DNA from: Podarcis liolepis | Lineage: Eukaryota | Strand: one strand, 5' to 3' | NCBI GenBank assembly: GCA_965112155.1 | Contig: OZ218099.1 | DNA length: 64,000 nt | Shown here: positions 1-12,600 of the stretch, piece by piece | Position numbering within the stretch: position 1 is the first letter of the stretch | How the letters are laid out: each line of letters starts with the position of its first letter | Translations under genes and position numbers: made by a program | Notes under the pieces: model-generated | What the model saw: the letters and a program-made list of their open reading frames with translations, nothing else | Databases searched by the model: none | Told to the model about the DNA's origin: nothing

Positions 1-22
1 CACACACAGAAACAGACAGACA

Positions 23-56
<34 letters not shown>
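1..56. repeat. (CA)n/(CAGA)n microsatellite
   Basis: Read directly. Confidence 0.9.
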
Positions 57-60
<4 letters not shown>

Positions 61-444
61 TTCAGTGAGCCCTCCCACCACATTGCTACCCAACAGACAG
101 TTGCCCCACAGTCCAAAATGGCCACATCCAAACCTTCCAGGCACTCCCTCCGTCGCTGCCGCCCAACTCCCCAGAGGCTAATGGCTCTGGGCCAAGGTTT
201 CCTGAGAGCCACTACAAGAAGTGCTTGTTCTTGGCCACCCCCAGGACCCGGCCTAGATGCCTTCAAAGACCTTCTGCCCTCTGACATTTTGTGCCTGGGG
301 GAAGAATGTAGGAGGCGGCTGGGGGTTTTCTCTGCTTCTGGAGACCACTGGAAAAGGGCCAGCGTTGTCCCACCCAGATTTGGAAATCCCTGGGGCGAGG
401 TCGGGGATTTTCTCTCCAGATGAAAAACATCTGCAGCACTTGAA

Positions 445-467
445 ATAATAATAATAATAATAATAAT

Positions 468-498
<31 letters not shown>

Positions 499-700
499 TT
501 CCCCACCCATCTAACTGGGTTTCCTCAGTCAGTCTGGGGGGCTTACAGCATATCTAATAATATAATTAAAAAAACAAACATTAAAAATTTCCCGATACCG
601 GGCTGCCTTCACAAGTTGTGTAATTCTTTATCTCCTTGACATCTGACAGGAGGGCGTTCCACAGGGAGGACGTCACTAACAAGAAGGCCCTCTGCCTTCC
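445..700 (-). mobile_element. L2-clade LINE 3' end with (AAT)n tail
   Basis: Reverse complement of 49120-49345; the microsatellite at 445-497 is its tail. Confidence 0.75.
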
Positions 701-1987
701 TGGTTTTCCTTTTAAAACTTTATTTCCACTTCTGTTTGGAGAAGGTAAAATATATGGGCACTCATTCCACAAAAGTGCAGAATCTCCTCACTGCAGACAG
801 ATACCGCTTCCTCTTCTCTGCCTTCTCCTCGTGCCTTCTTCCCCTGCCCCTTTTTAGGTTCCTGTTTCTGCCTATCCACAGTGGCTCCCTTCGTGGGATG
901 GAGGCACATTAATGGCCTCCCAGCAGAAGTGTTGCTGCCATTTACTGGGAGGAGCACGGGTGAAGCAACAGCCAGATCAGGAATACAGTATGCAGTCACA
1001 TCAGTAGAGTCAACCCAGTGCTCCCACCTGTTTGCCCACACAGCCCTGATCTTGTTGCTGCCTTACTCCTCCTCCCCATAAGCAGCCATGACACTACTGC
1101 CCGGAGGCTTTTGCTGCAGCTCTGCCCTGACAAGCCATTTTTGCTGCCCTTCCATCACTTACATTATCTCTGGGCTCCCTGTCCTTCAGCTTCACTACCT
1201 CTTGGACCTCTTTCTAGTCATAAGGCCTATGTGAGGTTTTAATCACAGCCAAACTGACAACTGTCCCCTTTCTTCACTTGATCCTGACAGCAAACATTCC
1301 TGAGTAGCTGAAATGTTTGCAGACAATATTCTGTGTCATCTCATGAGCTCAGGCAACCCATACCAGAAGTTTCACTGTCACAGTCACAATAGGACCATGG
1401 TATGATGATCTAACTTTCTCATTGTGACTCCAAGGCCATAAAAGGACAGCCCACTCAGTTCTGTGTCTGCAGTCCCTGCCTGAAATAAAGTGAAGCTCCA
1501 TAAGAAAGATCCTAACATAAACCCGGCAGCCAGTACAGGCCTGCAAAGGCAGGCTCTGCTGAACTCCCTCAACCATACAGGCAGCAAGCTTCAGAGAGTG
1601 AAGGGTGGAAACGGGTGCCAAGGTGGCTGTTAGGGCAGAATATGGCACCTGGATTTTATAAGATTTGTGGCACTATAAAATATCTGGCCCTGTGAGCCCA
1701 AAGTCCACCCAGCCTCCCAGATTCCTGCCAGACCCACGGAAGAAGGTGGCATGACTGGAATTGGGTACAGAGAGTTCTGGATTCAGTAACTCCCATAAGA
1801 AACAAAGCTGGCACATAGGAAAGGCCAGATGTTTGGTGGGTCATGCATCCCAACTAGAGTTTTGTTTGTGAAGACATCTGTAGGCAAATATAGACTATCT
1901 AACTGACTGGTACACTCTTTGGCGGCAGTTAGAGGTGCATGAAATGATCAAAGAAAGCATTTGAGACTTCTGAACGATCTTTCCTAC

Positions 1988-2150
1988 CTCAAAAACATCT
2001 TCATCCAGCCGGCGAGCCGCAAGCAAGGTCACACCATCAACACTGACAATTGGCTGCATGCCTCGCTTTAGGGGAAGTATTGCAGGGTCTTCACAGTCAA
2101 TACTCAAAGATACATTCCCACCTTCCACACTCAGAGCAATGCGATGCCAC
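1988..2150 (-). CDS. COL5A3: Collagen V alpha-3 exon 4 (WHRIALSVEGGNVSLSIDC...LDEDVFE)
   Basis: Completes the K-WHR motif across a phase-2 junction; ends VFE|GTAGG as in paralogous exons. Confidence 0.92.
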
Positions 2151-3702
2151 CTGCCAAGGGATGGTACAAGTCAGAAAGGTGGGTATTAAGTGGGATAAAT
2201 AAGGTGCCTGGAAACAGGGCACTGGGGACCTAGATCATACTCTCATCTGACAGTGGAGTGGACTGACTTTCACCATGTATAGTTCTAGGGGATGTGAAAC
2301 AGACCCAGAGAGGCCACGAGAATGAGACTGGAAACAGTGCTATTTGCTGTTGGCATAAAAGAAGCTGTGGGAATATGATCCAGGAGGAGAAAAGAGGCAA
2401 CACTGAATTTTCACATAAATAATGATTGCTTCCCACATCTCAAAATTCACTTTATTTGTATCCCACCCTGTTCCCAAGGAACTCAGGAAAGCACATGTGC
2501 GGTTATCTGTTTTATCCTATAAGGTAGACTAGGATGAGAGAGAGTGACTTGCCCAAGACCACACAGCGAGTTTTTTGAAAATGTACAAGTGGGGATTTGA
2601 ACCCAGCTCTTCACAGTCCAAAATCTATCCAATACACCAACCCTTTGATATATGGATTTGAACTACTCAGCTAAATCTTGGACTGAAGATCTCCACTGAT
2701 AATCACTTCCATATCATTTAAAAGTTCACATCTCATTTATCCTCACAACATCCCCAAGAGGTAGGCTGGGTTGACAGAGTATGTGATAAAGAACTCCCTA
2801 AGACCATCCAGTAAAATTAACGGCCCTGAAATAATGTGAACAAATGTCTGGCATGATCAAACCCAATACTTTATTCACTACTTCACACATACCAAAATGA
2901 ATTGTGTAATTGGAGAAGACCACAGGAACAGATATGGGATGCGAGAATCATGGGATGGAGATGAGCAGAAATGTCTCACCACAATTCAATGGCATTTAAC
3001 AAGGAATTATCAAAGCAAAGAGTTAAAGTGGATGTGGGGAACATTTGGCCCTCCAGACATTGCTGGATGACAACTCTCATCAGCCGTGACCATCAACCAT
3101 ACTGACTCCAGCTGGTGGAAGCTGAAGACCAGCAACAGCTAGAGGACCACAGGTTCCCCATCTTTAGAAAGTGGAATATTAGGGCTGGGATACCACCTTA
3201 GGAAAAATCTGTGTATGTGTGTGCCTGGGGTGTGTCCACAGAGGTGGGGAGTGTCCACTCATTCTTCTTATCTCTGTTCAAGGATTTTAAAAAGGTTTTG
3301 ATAATTGGCAAAACCTATTTGACCGGAGAGGCTGATGGGAATGTGTGCACAAGGGAATATGATAGAAGCATACAGAAGCTGTCTTTACTGAGTCAGACCA
3401 CTGGTCCATCTAGCTCAGTATTGTCTGCACAGACTGACAGTGGCTCTCCATGTTTCAAACAGGGGACACTCCTAGCCCTGGAGATGCTGGGGGTTGAACC
3501 AAGAGCTTTTTTTCTGCAAGGCAGATGATCTACCCACTGAGCTGTGGCCCTTCCCCATGAGACTTTCATTGTACAACCATCAGCTCTTTGAAAATATATA
3601 AGACACTGTAGACCTAAACTGGTCTTCCAGTTGTGTGCATGTGTGCCCAAATCAGATAACAACTTTCAGTGGCTTCTTCCCACCCCACCGATCCCAACTC
3701 AC

Positions 3703-3916
3703 TTGCCATCAGCCAAGTTGACTCGGCGAAAGTGAGGATAGTCCTCAGGCACTGGGTGGCCAAGCTGGTCTTCATAGAGGAAGACCGGAGACCGTCCGAT
3801 CTCTACACCAAGTTGCTGTACTCCCCGCTCATCATATACAGAGAGCAAGAACGACTGGCTTCCTTTGACAGCTCGCAGAGTAGCCAGTATTGAGAAGTCC
3901 ACTGGGAAGGAGCCAT
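3703..3916 (-). CDS. COL5A3: Collagen V alpha-3 exon 3 ([15 protein letters not shown]...[16 protein letters not shown])
   Basis: Strong similarity to the COL5A1/COL11 TSPN exon; CAG acceptor and GTGAGT donor. Confidence 0.92.
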
Positions 3917-4188
3917 CTGCAAGGGAGGAAGGCAACGCATCATGACAGTGAGAACTGGGAAGGAATTAGAGAAAACAGTACTGAAGTGATGGTATAAGAA
4001 ATGGAAGGTATCGTGCAGCAGATGGGGAGAAAATGGGATGGGAAGTTGGAAAAATACAAATTCATGTAGAGAAAAATATGTTAAACTTTTGAAAATTTAA
4101 ACAAAAAATATTACAAAAAAGGCTCAGTGTCTGCCCATCAGCTTTGATGCAATACACAATCCAATGAGTTTTCATGCTCCACCCTTAC

Positions 4189-4356
4189 CAGGAAAGAGCT
4201 GCTTAGTTGGGGCGCTGAAATATGTCTGGTTCTCTAGGCGGAAGGCAAGATCACTTTCATCAGAGCCATTTCTCTGGGTGCAGATACCAGCAGCGATAGA
4301 GACCCCATTTTTGCCCTCTCGCACACCAAACGCCTGGAGCACATCCACAAGGCCAT
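4189..4356 (-). CDS. COL5A3: Collagen V alpha-3 exon 2 (TSPN start: DGLVDVLQAFGVREGKNGV...SAPTKQLFP)
   Basis: Polypyrimidine-CAG acceptor and GTAAGG donor; VDVL...GIC...SAPTKQLFP is typical of COL5/COL11 TSPN. Confidence 0.9.
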
Positions 4357-6685
4357 CTGGAAGGGAAGAACAGGACACAGTTACCCCTTGCCCACAATAC
4401 AAAGTCATATCTGGGGGGGAGTAAGGGCAGTCCCCACTTCTGTGCCCAAACAGGTCACTTTTCTTCTATGAGATGAGATAGCCTTGCCACACACCATAAA
4501 GATGATGTGTTTGTTGAAAACAATAGCACCTGCTTAGCTAGAGGTAGATGTGGGATCAAAAAGGAAGTGTTTGGACACCATGGGAACTGAAACCCTTCCC
4601 ATGCCTCTCTTACATTTCATACTTCTCCCTTCGTCCTTGACCACTGGCCATGCTGTCTGGGACTAAAGGGAGCTTAACTCCAAAAACTTCTGGGTTCACC
4701 TGAAACATTTTGGGCTTTTGATTTGGTGATGGAAAAACAGGAGATTTCTCCCCTCCACCTTAAGAGTCCTTAAGCACCCATACTAACTTTATAAAAACAC
4801 ATATTGTCTTCCTAATAATTTGCATTTATTTACTATTACACATAGGCATTTAGAGATACAGAAGCAAACACACAGGCAGACAGTATTTGTCCCAAAGCAG
4901 CATCTTAGGTATCTCTTGACGTTCCTTCCAAAGTCATAATGGCCACCAAGGTGAATGGCTTTAAAAAAGAATTAGACAAAATCATGGAAGATCAGTGGCA
5001 GGAGAGGATCTTCTCGATTTTGTAACTTCGTTACTAGAGAAGTTGCGCTGGTTCCCTCTTTGCTGTCCTTCCGCCAGTGGGTAATGACCTTTCTATTCCA
5101 ACAGGCCTTTGGGAACTGACAATTTTTGAGGAAAGGGCTCTTTTTATAGTATTTTAATTCTATTAGTGTTTAATTACATTTTTATGATGGTCTTTTCTGT
5201 CTTTTTAGCTTGTTCTATTTTATCTGTGTAAGCTTCCTTAAGTTTCAGACTGGGGAAGAGGCGGGATATAAATTAATATCATCATGATCATCTACCTCCA
5301 CTGTCAAAGGCAGTATGCCTCTGAAGACACTGTGAGTCACGAGCAAGGAGAGTGCTGTTGCACAGAGTTGCACATAAACATCTGGTGGGTCATTGAGAAG
5401 AAATGGATGGTGAACTAGATTGGCCTTTGGACTGATCCAGGAGGGCTCTTCTTATGTTCTTAAGATGGCCTTATTCAATAACGGCCATATTGCACATTAG
5501 AGACCATCATTCCCCAACAACAACAAAGCCATGCCAAGTCTAGAAGAACGGCATGGCTCAGAGCACCACCACATTGCCATGCCAGCTCTTCCATCATCTC
5601 CGTCTGCTGTGCAGATGGGCTGATGGCTTGCATGCACTCAACTCATGGCACATGTGACTTGCGGGGGCTGGATGAATGGGGGGAAATGGATCTTATTCCT
5701 AAAATATGCCATGTGGCAACATGCCTTCAAATTCCAATAAACTGAGGAGTCTAAACAGAATGTCATACTTTTAATATGGATAACTTAATATGGAACAATA
5801 ATTACCACTTCTGTTCTATGCTCACTATCAATAATCATGATAGAAACCCCACTGTGTACGTTAATACACACTGAATGGGAAGGGAAGTGGGGGGAATTCT
5901 GCACCTTTTTGTCATTCTGCATCTACAAAATGAAAAAGGCAAGGGAAACTACTTCACAACCACCATTCTTGAGAATGGATTCCATAGTGAGGCTGGAAGA
6001 TGTTTGAAAATCCAGAAAGAAAACAGGACTGGCCTGGGTTGAAACTTAAGCAGCACATTTACATTTATTCCTGTGCCTTCTGCTTCATCACAAACTAGTA
6101 GAAGTTGGAATTCATCAGCCAAACAGACCATATAACTTTTCCCCTGGAGCTTTCCAGACCAGTGACAGCATATGGATGACTCATGGCAGCCTGGGCTCTG
6201 GCCTGATCCAGTGAATGCCTGTGGAAGCCAATCTCACCATGGCCTTAGGATACAGGTTCTGTCGAGCCATTCTTGCCATCACTGGCTACCTTCCCAACAT
6301 GTAGGCATCCTTAGCATTGGCAGCGGTTAAAGGGATAACACAACATCCTGCTGACCAGAGTGCCCTCCTGGCCAATAAAAACCAGCCTGATCCATAGGCT
6401 TGCCGCACTGTGGGTGTGGGATGAAAGGAAACTAAGAAATGTAGACCCAAGCCTTAGAAAATTTGTATATGGCAGGCCATGTCAGCCCAGCAACGGTAGT
6501 GTTGGTAGTCTATTAGCTGGCACATTTAAGACTTGCATGTCCATTATCTGTTATACTCAACAGCAGCGGCAATAGCAGAGCTTCTGCAAATGGCAGCATC
6601 GACTGTTTGGGCAGCATTTTGCATTCACCACAATGTGCCAGACCTAGTATCACTCTGGGGCATTGTTTGGAGGCTGGCAGCCAAT

Positions 6686-7303
6686 ATATTTTTCTGTGTA
6701 GAAGACACCCCCATGTATAAGATGACCCCTATTTTTTTGAGCCCAAAATTAAGACATAAATATTTTAAACACCAAACTGAACAATTTTTATATTTTATTA
6801 AATATTCAAAACACCGGTATATTTAGTACAGTATATTTAAACATCAAACAGTGAGGCAAGCTGTGTAATGGCGGCTGCTCCTGTCAGCTCAATGTAACTC
6901 CACTGTAGCTGCAGCTCCAGCTCTCCCACCTGTGTGTTGCACTTTTGACTCAGTATTTACGGTATGCACCATATCTACTCCATGAGCACCAGCAGACGCG
7001 GACGCTGATCAAGGAGCTGCGACTGCCAGAGCTGCCTGAGTGAGTGCGCTTGGGGAATGGGGGGTCTGGGTAGCCAGGGGGGGGGGGGGCTGAGGGAACC
7101 AGGTGGATGGGACAATGTCTGGAGTGGGGGCTGCAGGGTTTGTCGTGAGGCCAATAGTGAGGGGAGGCTGGGGGGAAAGAATATGGATGGTGGCATGTAT
7201 TTAGTTATATATTTAATTGCAACATTCTGTGTATAAGACAACCCCCAATTTCAAACTTAAAAAAAATTGGGGGAAAGATTGTCTTCTACATGGAAAAATA
7301 CAG
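6686..7303. mobile_element. Older pogo/Tc1-mariner non-autonomous element
   Basis: Degenerate inverted ends TATTTTTCTGTGTAGAAGAC / GTCTTCTACATGGAAAAATACAG-TA. Confidence 0.6.
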
Positions 7304-8412
7304 TATTTGGATAAAATTCTACAAAGTGGTCCTCTTTTTCCAGGGACGGGATGGGCCTAAGAAAAGAAAGATCTCACAAAAGTTCTCAGAAACTTGTCTT
7401 CTTGGAAATTTTGGCTCACGTCCAGATATAACCCACCGGAACTGGCAAACCACTGACTGTGACAGACATCTTCTGGAATGCAAGAGACATTCTGCATCTT
7501 TCCTAAACTGGGAGAATCCCAGAAACCCAGTTTTCATTATTATTAAAAGTGTATCAGTTGCAGGTATTTTAAAGCAATATAGGCTTGCTGAAGACCAAGA
7601 TCTCTAGATGCTCAGAGAGAGAGAGAGAGATGGTGCATCCAGACCTTTGATGGTTTGGGCTGGGATTCAGCTGCATACTGGCAAATTTAGATTGCACAGT
7701 TCAAGTTGATACTGAGCTCTTGCTCAACAAACCCATTTCCCGAAAAGATGGGACTTCTGTGATGAGGAAAGCGATGGGAAATTGCATTGGAAAGCATGGC
7801 ATAATGCTTGTTTTGATGTAACGTCACCTAGCCTCCCTGCAAACAAAGAAGGATGAATGCTCTATAGATAAGTCATCTGGAAGCACCCAAAGGCATTAAT
7901 GGAATCCCCCTGTCACTTCCAACTAACCTTCTCCCTTTATCCTGTGTTAGGCAACCTCTTTCTTGGTGTTCTCTGGTTCCTATAGCAACCAGAGCCACTA
8001 TTCGGATGGCCTCTCTTCCAACAGGTGGGCATGCTTCCTGCCTTTCAACCTTTGTATATATTTTTTCAATGTACTGAGAAGTGAAAAAAAATGGCAGTTT
8101 CTTCCACACAAAGGGGTTCCAGCAAACTCCCGGCGCAGGGGGATTTGAGTCAACCTCCCTCATTCTGACAAAGTTCTTAATAAGGTTATTTCCTCAGTTA
8201 TTAGTGGGCTGCTCATACAAGGTTTTTATTTTATTTTAAGTTTTTTAGCTTTTAAAAAGAAGCCTACCTGTGGTTTAAGCAAAGAGTTAAGGAACTAACA
8301 AATAATGTACCAATAAGTATGTTAAGTTAATTAAGGCACCAGCTTTAACATCAACCCCACTGAGTTATTGCTGTCACAGAATTTAATCTTTTGACCTGTG
8401 TTAGATTAAAGG

Positions 8413-8753
8413 CAGACCCTCCAAGTGTCCCTATTTCCCTATTTCTCCTGATTTAGAGAAGCCGTCCCAGTTTCTGATTTGATTCCAGAACGTCCCGTTT
8501 TTCTTTAGGATGTCCCTATTTTCCTTGGACAAATGTTGGAGGGTATGGAGTTACCCAACCCCCGAGCCATCTGAAGGCAATCCTGTATAGAAAAGTTTTT
8601 TAAATATTTAATGATCTATTGTATTTTTATATATGTTGGAAGTTGCCCAGAGCAGCTGGGGCAACTCAGTAAGATGTGTGGGGTATAAATAGTAAAATTA
8701 TAATCATGGGATGGGATGTCCCTATTTTCATTGGAGAAAAGTTGGAGGGTATG
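8413..8753. mobile_element. TIR element with 6-bp TSD carrying an internal L2 3' tail (copy 1)
   Basis: Ends CAGACCCTCCAA / TTGGAGGGTATG; TSD TAAAGG. Confidence 0.8.
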
Positions 8754-9087
8754 TAAAGGGAAATAACAGAAATATCTAGAAAAGTAACTTTCAGTTTATT
8801 TATTTTTCATTTGAATCAAAAGATTATACTTAAACACACACATATATTTAAAGGACTAAAGCAATGTCTAGAATGCCTGTGTGTGTGTTTCTGTGGCTTC
8901 CCTTGGCCTGGATGCTTTATACTAAAGGATGGCACAGGATGCCACAATTCAAAGTAATGTGTTGGGTGCCACGGGTCATTTGTGGGGCCTATCTTTTTCT
9001 TGCGTTAGAATTCCATCCCTCAGAGCTGTGTCCATATTTAATTTTATATATTTCAACATCCCAGTAGGGCAGGCTAGGGTTGCAATT

Positions 9088-9146
9088 ATGTTGTTGTTGT
9101 TGTTGTTCTTGTTGTTGTTGTTCTTGTTGTTGTTTTGGTTGTTGTT
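9088..9146. repeat. (TTG)n microsatellite
   Basis: Read directly. Confidence 0.9.
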
Positions 9147-9381
9147 TACACACTGCCTTTTCCCATGACAGGACCTCACAGCATCTTACAGATAAAATGA
9201 GAACAGGTAAAAACGTAGAGAAGGAAATCATTCAAATACAATGTCAGGGAGAGGGAGAGGTGAATGTCCTGCCACCGCCTGTCCATGTAGACAGTACAGA
9301 GCTAGACAGATAAACCTGGCATGGCATGAAGCAGCTTCTAAGGCCACACCGTGAGTATATAGCTGATAGGAATTGGAAGTG

Positions 9382-9699
9382 CCGACCCTCCAAGTGTCCT
9401 TATTTTCCAGGGAGATCCCTGATTTAGAGAAGCCATCACAGCTTCTGATTTGATCCTGGAATGTATTTTCCTTGGAGAAATGTTGGAGGGTATGGTGTTA
9501 TCCGCCCCCCAAGCCGTCTGAAGGCAGCCCTGTATAGGGAAGGTTTTTAATGTTTGATGTTTTATTATGTTTTTATATGTGTTGGAAGCTGCCCAGAGCA
9601 GCTGGGGCAACTCAGTAACATGTGTGGGGTATAAATAGTAAAATTATAATCATGGAATGGGACGTCCCTATTTTCATCAGAGAAATGTTGGAGGGTATG
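9382..9699. mobile_element. TIR element with 6-bp TSD carrying an internal L2 3' tail (copy 2)
   Basis: Ends CCGACCCTCCAA / TTGGAGGGTATG; TSD GAAGTG; colinear with copy 1. Confidence 0.8.
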
Positions 9700-12600
9700 G
9701 AAGTGAAGGATTTGAGAGCTCATAGTTCATGCTCTTAACCACTACCCTCCTTCCTCTGGGGGCCTGTATAGAGAAGGATGAGTGTTCAATTCCCCACATA
9801 ACCAAAGGAAGGCAGAGCACAAGTGCATCAGGTCGGTCTAAGTCTGTGAAAGCAGGAAGGTGCCCCATGAGGAGGCCTGGGCATTTATTACAGAAGCAAA
9901 TTCTGCCTGTGTTTCACACACACACACTCCTAGGCTAGCCTATGTGTGTCCATTGGTCCAGGGGTGAGAGAGAGCAAGGCTCTCTAACAGGGTTACAGAG
10001 CCATTTCTAAAAGACTAAGAGGGGGAGGCAAAGGAGGAGTCGTGTCCATTCTCTTCCCCTCCTATGCCTAGAAGCCAGGGCTCAGCCAAGAAAAAGCCAA
10101 GCTACATTAAAGGAAGGAATGCATTTGCGCATATGCGGAGTGCACTGACAATCTATGCACAGCCTCCATCCATCAGGAAAGGGCACAAGGGCTGGTCTGG
10201 CAGAGAACCATATCCTAGCTGGCAGACTTGAGCTCGGGCACCTCCCATGGCTCTGGAACCGAACACCACAAAGAGCCTTGTGGCTCCTTAAAAGCTAATA
10301 AATTGGTTATGGAAATTAAACACCTCCCCTCAGTCGCTCACTGTGGTTATAAAAAGCTGTCTGTGGCAGTTTCTCAAGGAGGGAAGGTCTTACCATTTCT
10401 CCCCCTCCCTTCAGAATTAAGTCTGGGTCTATTGTGTGCTTCACATACTGACAAGAAGGTCTGTTTCACTTGATTCAAGCATTTTTAATGTTTGTCTTTT
10501 TTAAGGGTCCTTGTAGCAAGAGAACTGGAGGTTTCACATGCACCACCCCCACTTCTGAGAATAGCTTCCACAATGGTTGGGATGGGTGAGGAGGCTGCAG
10601 AAAGATTTCCTTGGAGGTTAAAAAATGGTTTCTTTCCCTCTCTCTCTGAACAAATTTTCTAACCTTTGCTGGGAATTGTGTGGGGAGTTCTAATACACCA
10701 TAGTCTGTCCATTCAGTCCTTTTCCACCAAATTCTTTTTGCCTCCTGCATTGGGATGGGAACATGGAAGCTCTGACCTTAGAGAAGCCACAACTCCGTCC
10801 CATCTCCCATGCTCCTTTGACCTAGTTCTAAGATCCTGCTTCCAGCTGACAATGCTCCCAATGGACTTATTGTCTCCGCTCTGCTGCTCTCTGCCCACCC
10901 CCGTCACCATTCCCTGTCCAAGCAAAGCATTCAATAGGATTTCCACGTTACCTTCCCACATTAGCAGCCACATGCTGGGATGGCAACTGGGCATGATGGG
11001 GATGTGCGGGGGAGGCTTGTTTTCCTGCCATCCCATTTGCACACAGAAATTTAGTGGTGGAAAATGTGACCTTGGGAGCTGAGCATCTGCAAACAATCTC
11101 TTGTCCCTCTCTAAATGTCACCAGCAACCCACTGCCAACAAAGGCTGGTTTCAGGGAGCCCCAAGACAGGAGAATGTAGGACTTTGGGAATAACGCAGCA
11201 TGCCTACGTTGCAGTTAGATGTGCAAAATCAAAGTAGAATCCCACCTATAGAGTGAAATTCTATAAAACAAACTGACACACACAACAGAATGTGGCCTGG
11301 ATGTACAGTTCTGTTTTATATGAAACAGATTTCACATGAGTTAGAATTGTAGAGTTGGAAGAGACCCCGAGGGTGATCTACTATTTCAATGCCCTTCCCT
11401 GTTTCTTTTCAAACTCCTTACACATAGAAAGGTAGCCTAGACTGCTGCTGAGCAAATTTTCTACTTGCAGGGATGTTATTTTTTTAAAGCCACACAAAAC
11501 AACATAGGAAACATTCAAAAATGTGATTTCCTCACCACCAGTCTGAAGTTGTACAACTGAGCCCATTACACAACACAGGCTACTGCCTGTTTTGAATGCA
11601 GGCTTAGCCTGAGCCCAGTGGGAAGTGATTGGCCAGAGTGGAACTAAGACCACATCCAGCCAGCACAAGTACTTCAACAGCAGCTTAATGCATATGTAGT
11701 TCTGTAGTTATGCTGGGAGGAGGACAAGGGGAAACTGGGGGAAGATGAAGACCTTTCCCTGCTCCTGCAAACACACCCCTTTCCTAGGGATCTGCTGCCT
11801 ACAATAGAAAGAACAGCTTCACAGCTAGCATGCAGAACAAGAAAGAACTCTGCAGTGCCCTCCCACAGTCTCCTTTGAGGTGGAAAAAGTAGGGAATGGA
11901 TTTCTGCACAAAACCAATAACTTTGTACAGGCATCTACTCCAGAATAATTGATTTGCTGCTCTTCTCCTCCATCCTTTAACAACCACCATGCATTAACTG
12001 GCAGCTGCAGCTGTTACATCTCCTGACTCCTTCCATGAATGAAGCTCATTCTTTCCCCCATCTCTTGTGACCAGCAGGACTTTTAAGTTTGTCCCACAGT
12101 CGGCAGTGGAGGAAGGTAAGCCAGCAGAGGAACGGGGCAAAACAGGGATGGAATTCGAGGCAGGCCCAGCCTACCTGGTTATTTTAAAGAGGGGGAACAG
12201 CCTACCTAGCAATTTTTATTTGGGAGTCTCAGAGAGGAATTCAACATCATGCTAAACCTATTGCTCCATCACTGCAAGAATTTCTGCTTGCCTGATGGAA
12301 GAATCTGCCCTGTTCTCCCATGTGTGCTATTCCCGGGGTTACCCTGAACCTCTGCAGAGCCAATTTGGGAGGGTGCAGGGCAAGGAGAGGAAGAAGTATT
12401 GGTGCACTAAGAGAAGTCTTTGCATAGGCTTCTGCTGGGAGAGCTCATGAGTTGAATCCCACCCATATTTTCCACTCCTGTAGCAGAAAGTGTTCTGGCT
12501 GCAGCCTCATCACATACAATGGCAGGTATAGGAACTGCCCATTAATGAGAGGCTGCCCCACCCCAGCCTTGAGACTACAAAACCCATGACTCAGTGCAAC

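Noticed and set aside
712-1041. Minus-strand ORF as a possible collagen exon 5
   Set aside because: Lacks the expected GDIQQL...C...PDC sequence; no convincing exon 5 was found in 1-1987.
8929-9313. Poly-Q, poly-N, poly-L and poly-C ORFs
   Set aside because: Translations of the (TTG)n microsatellite.
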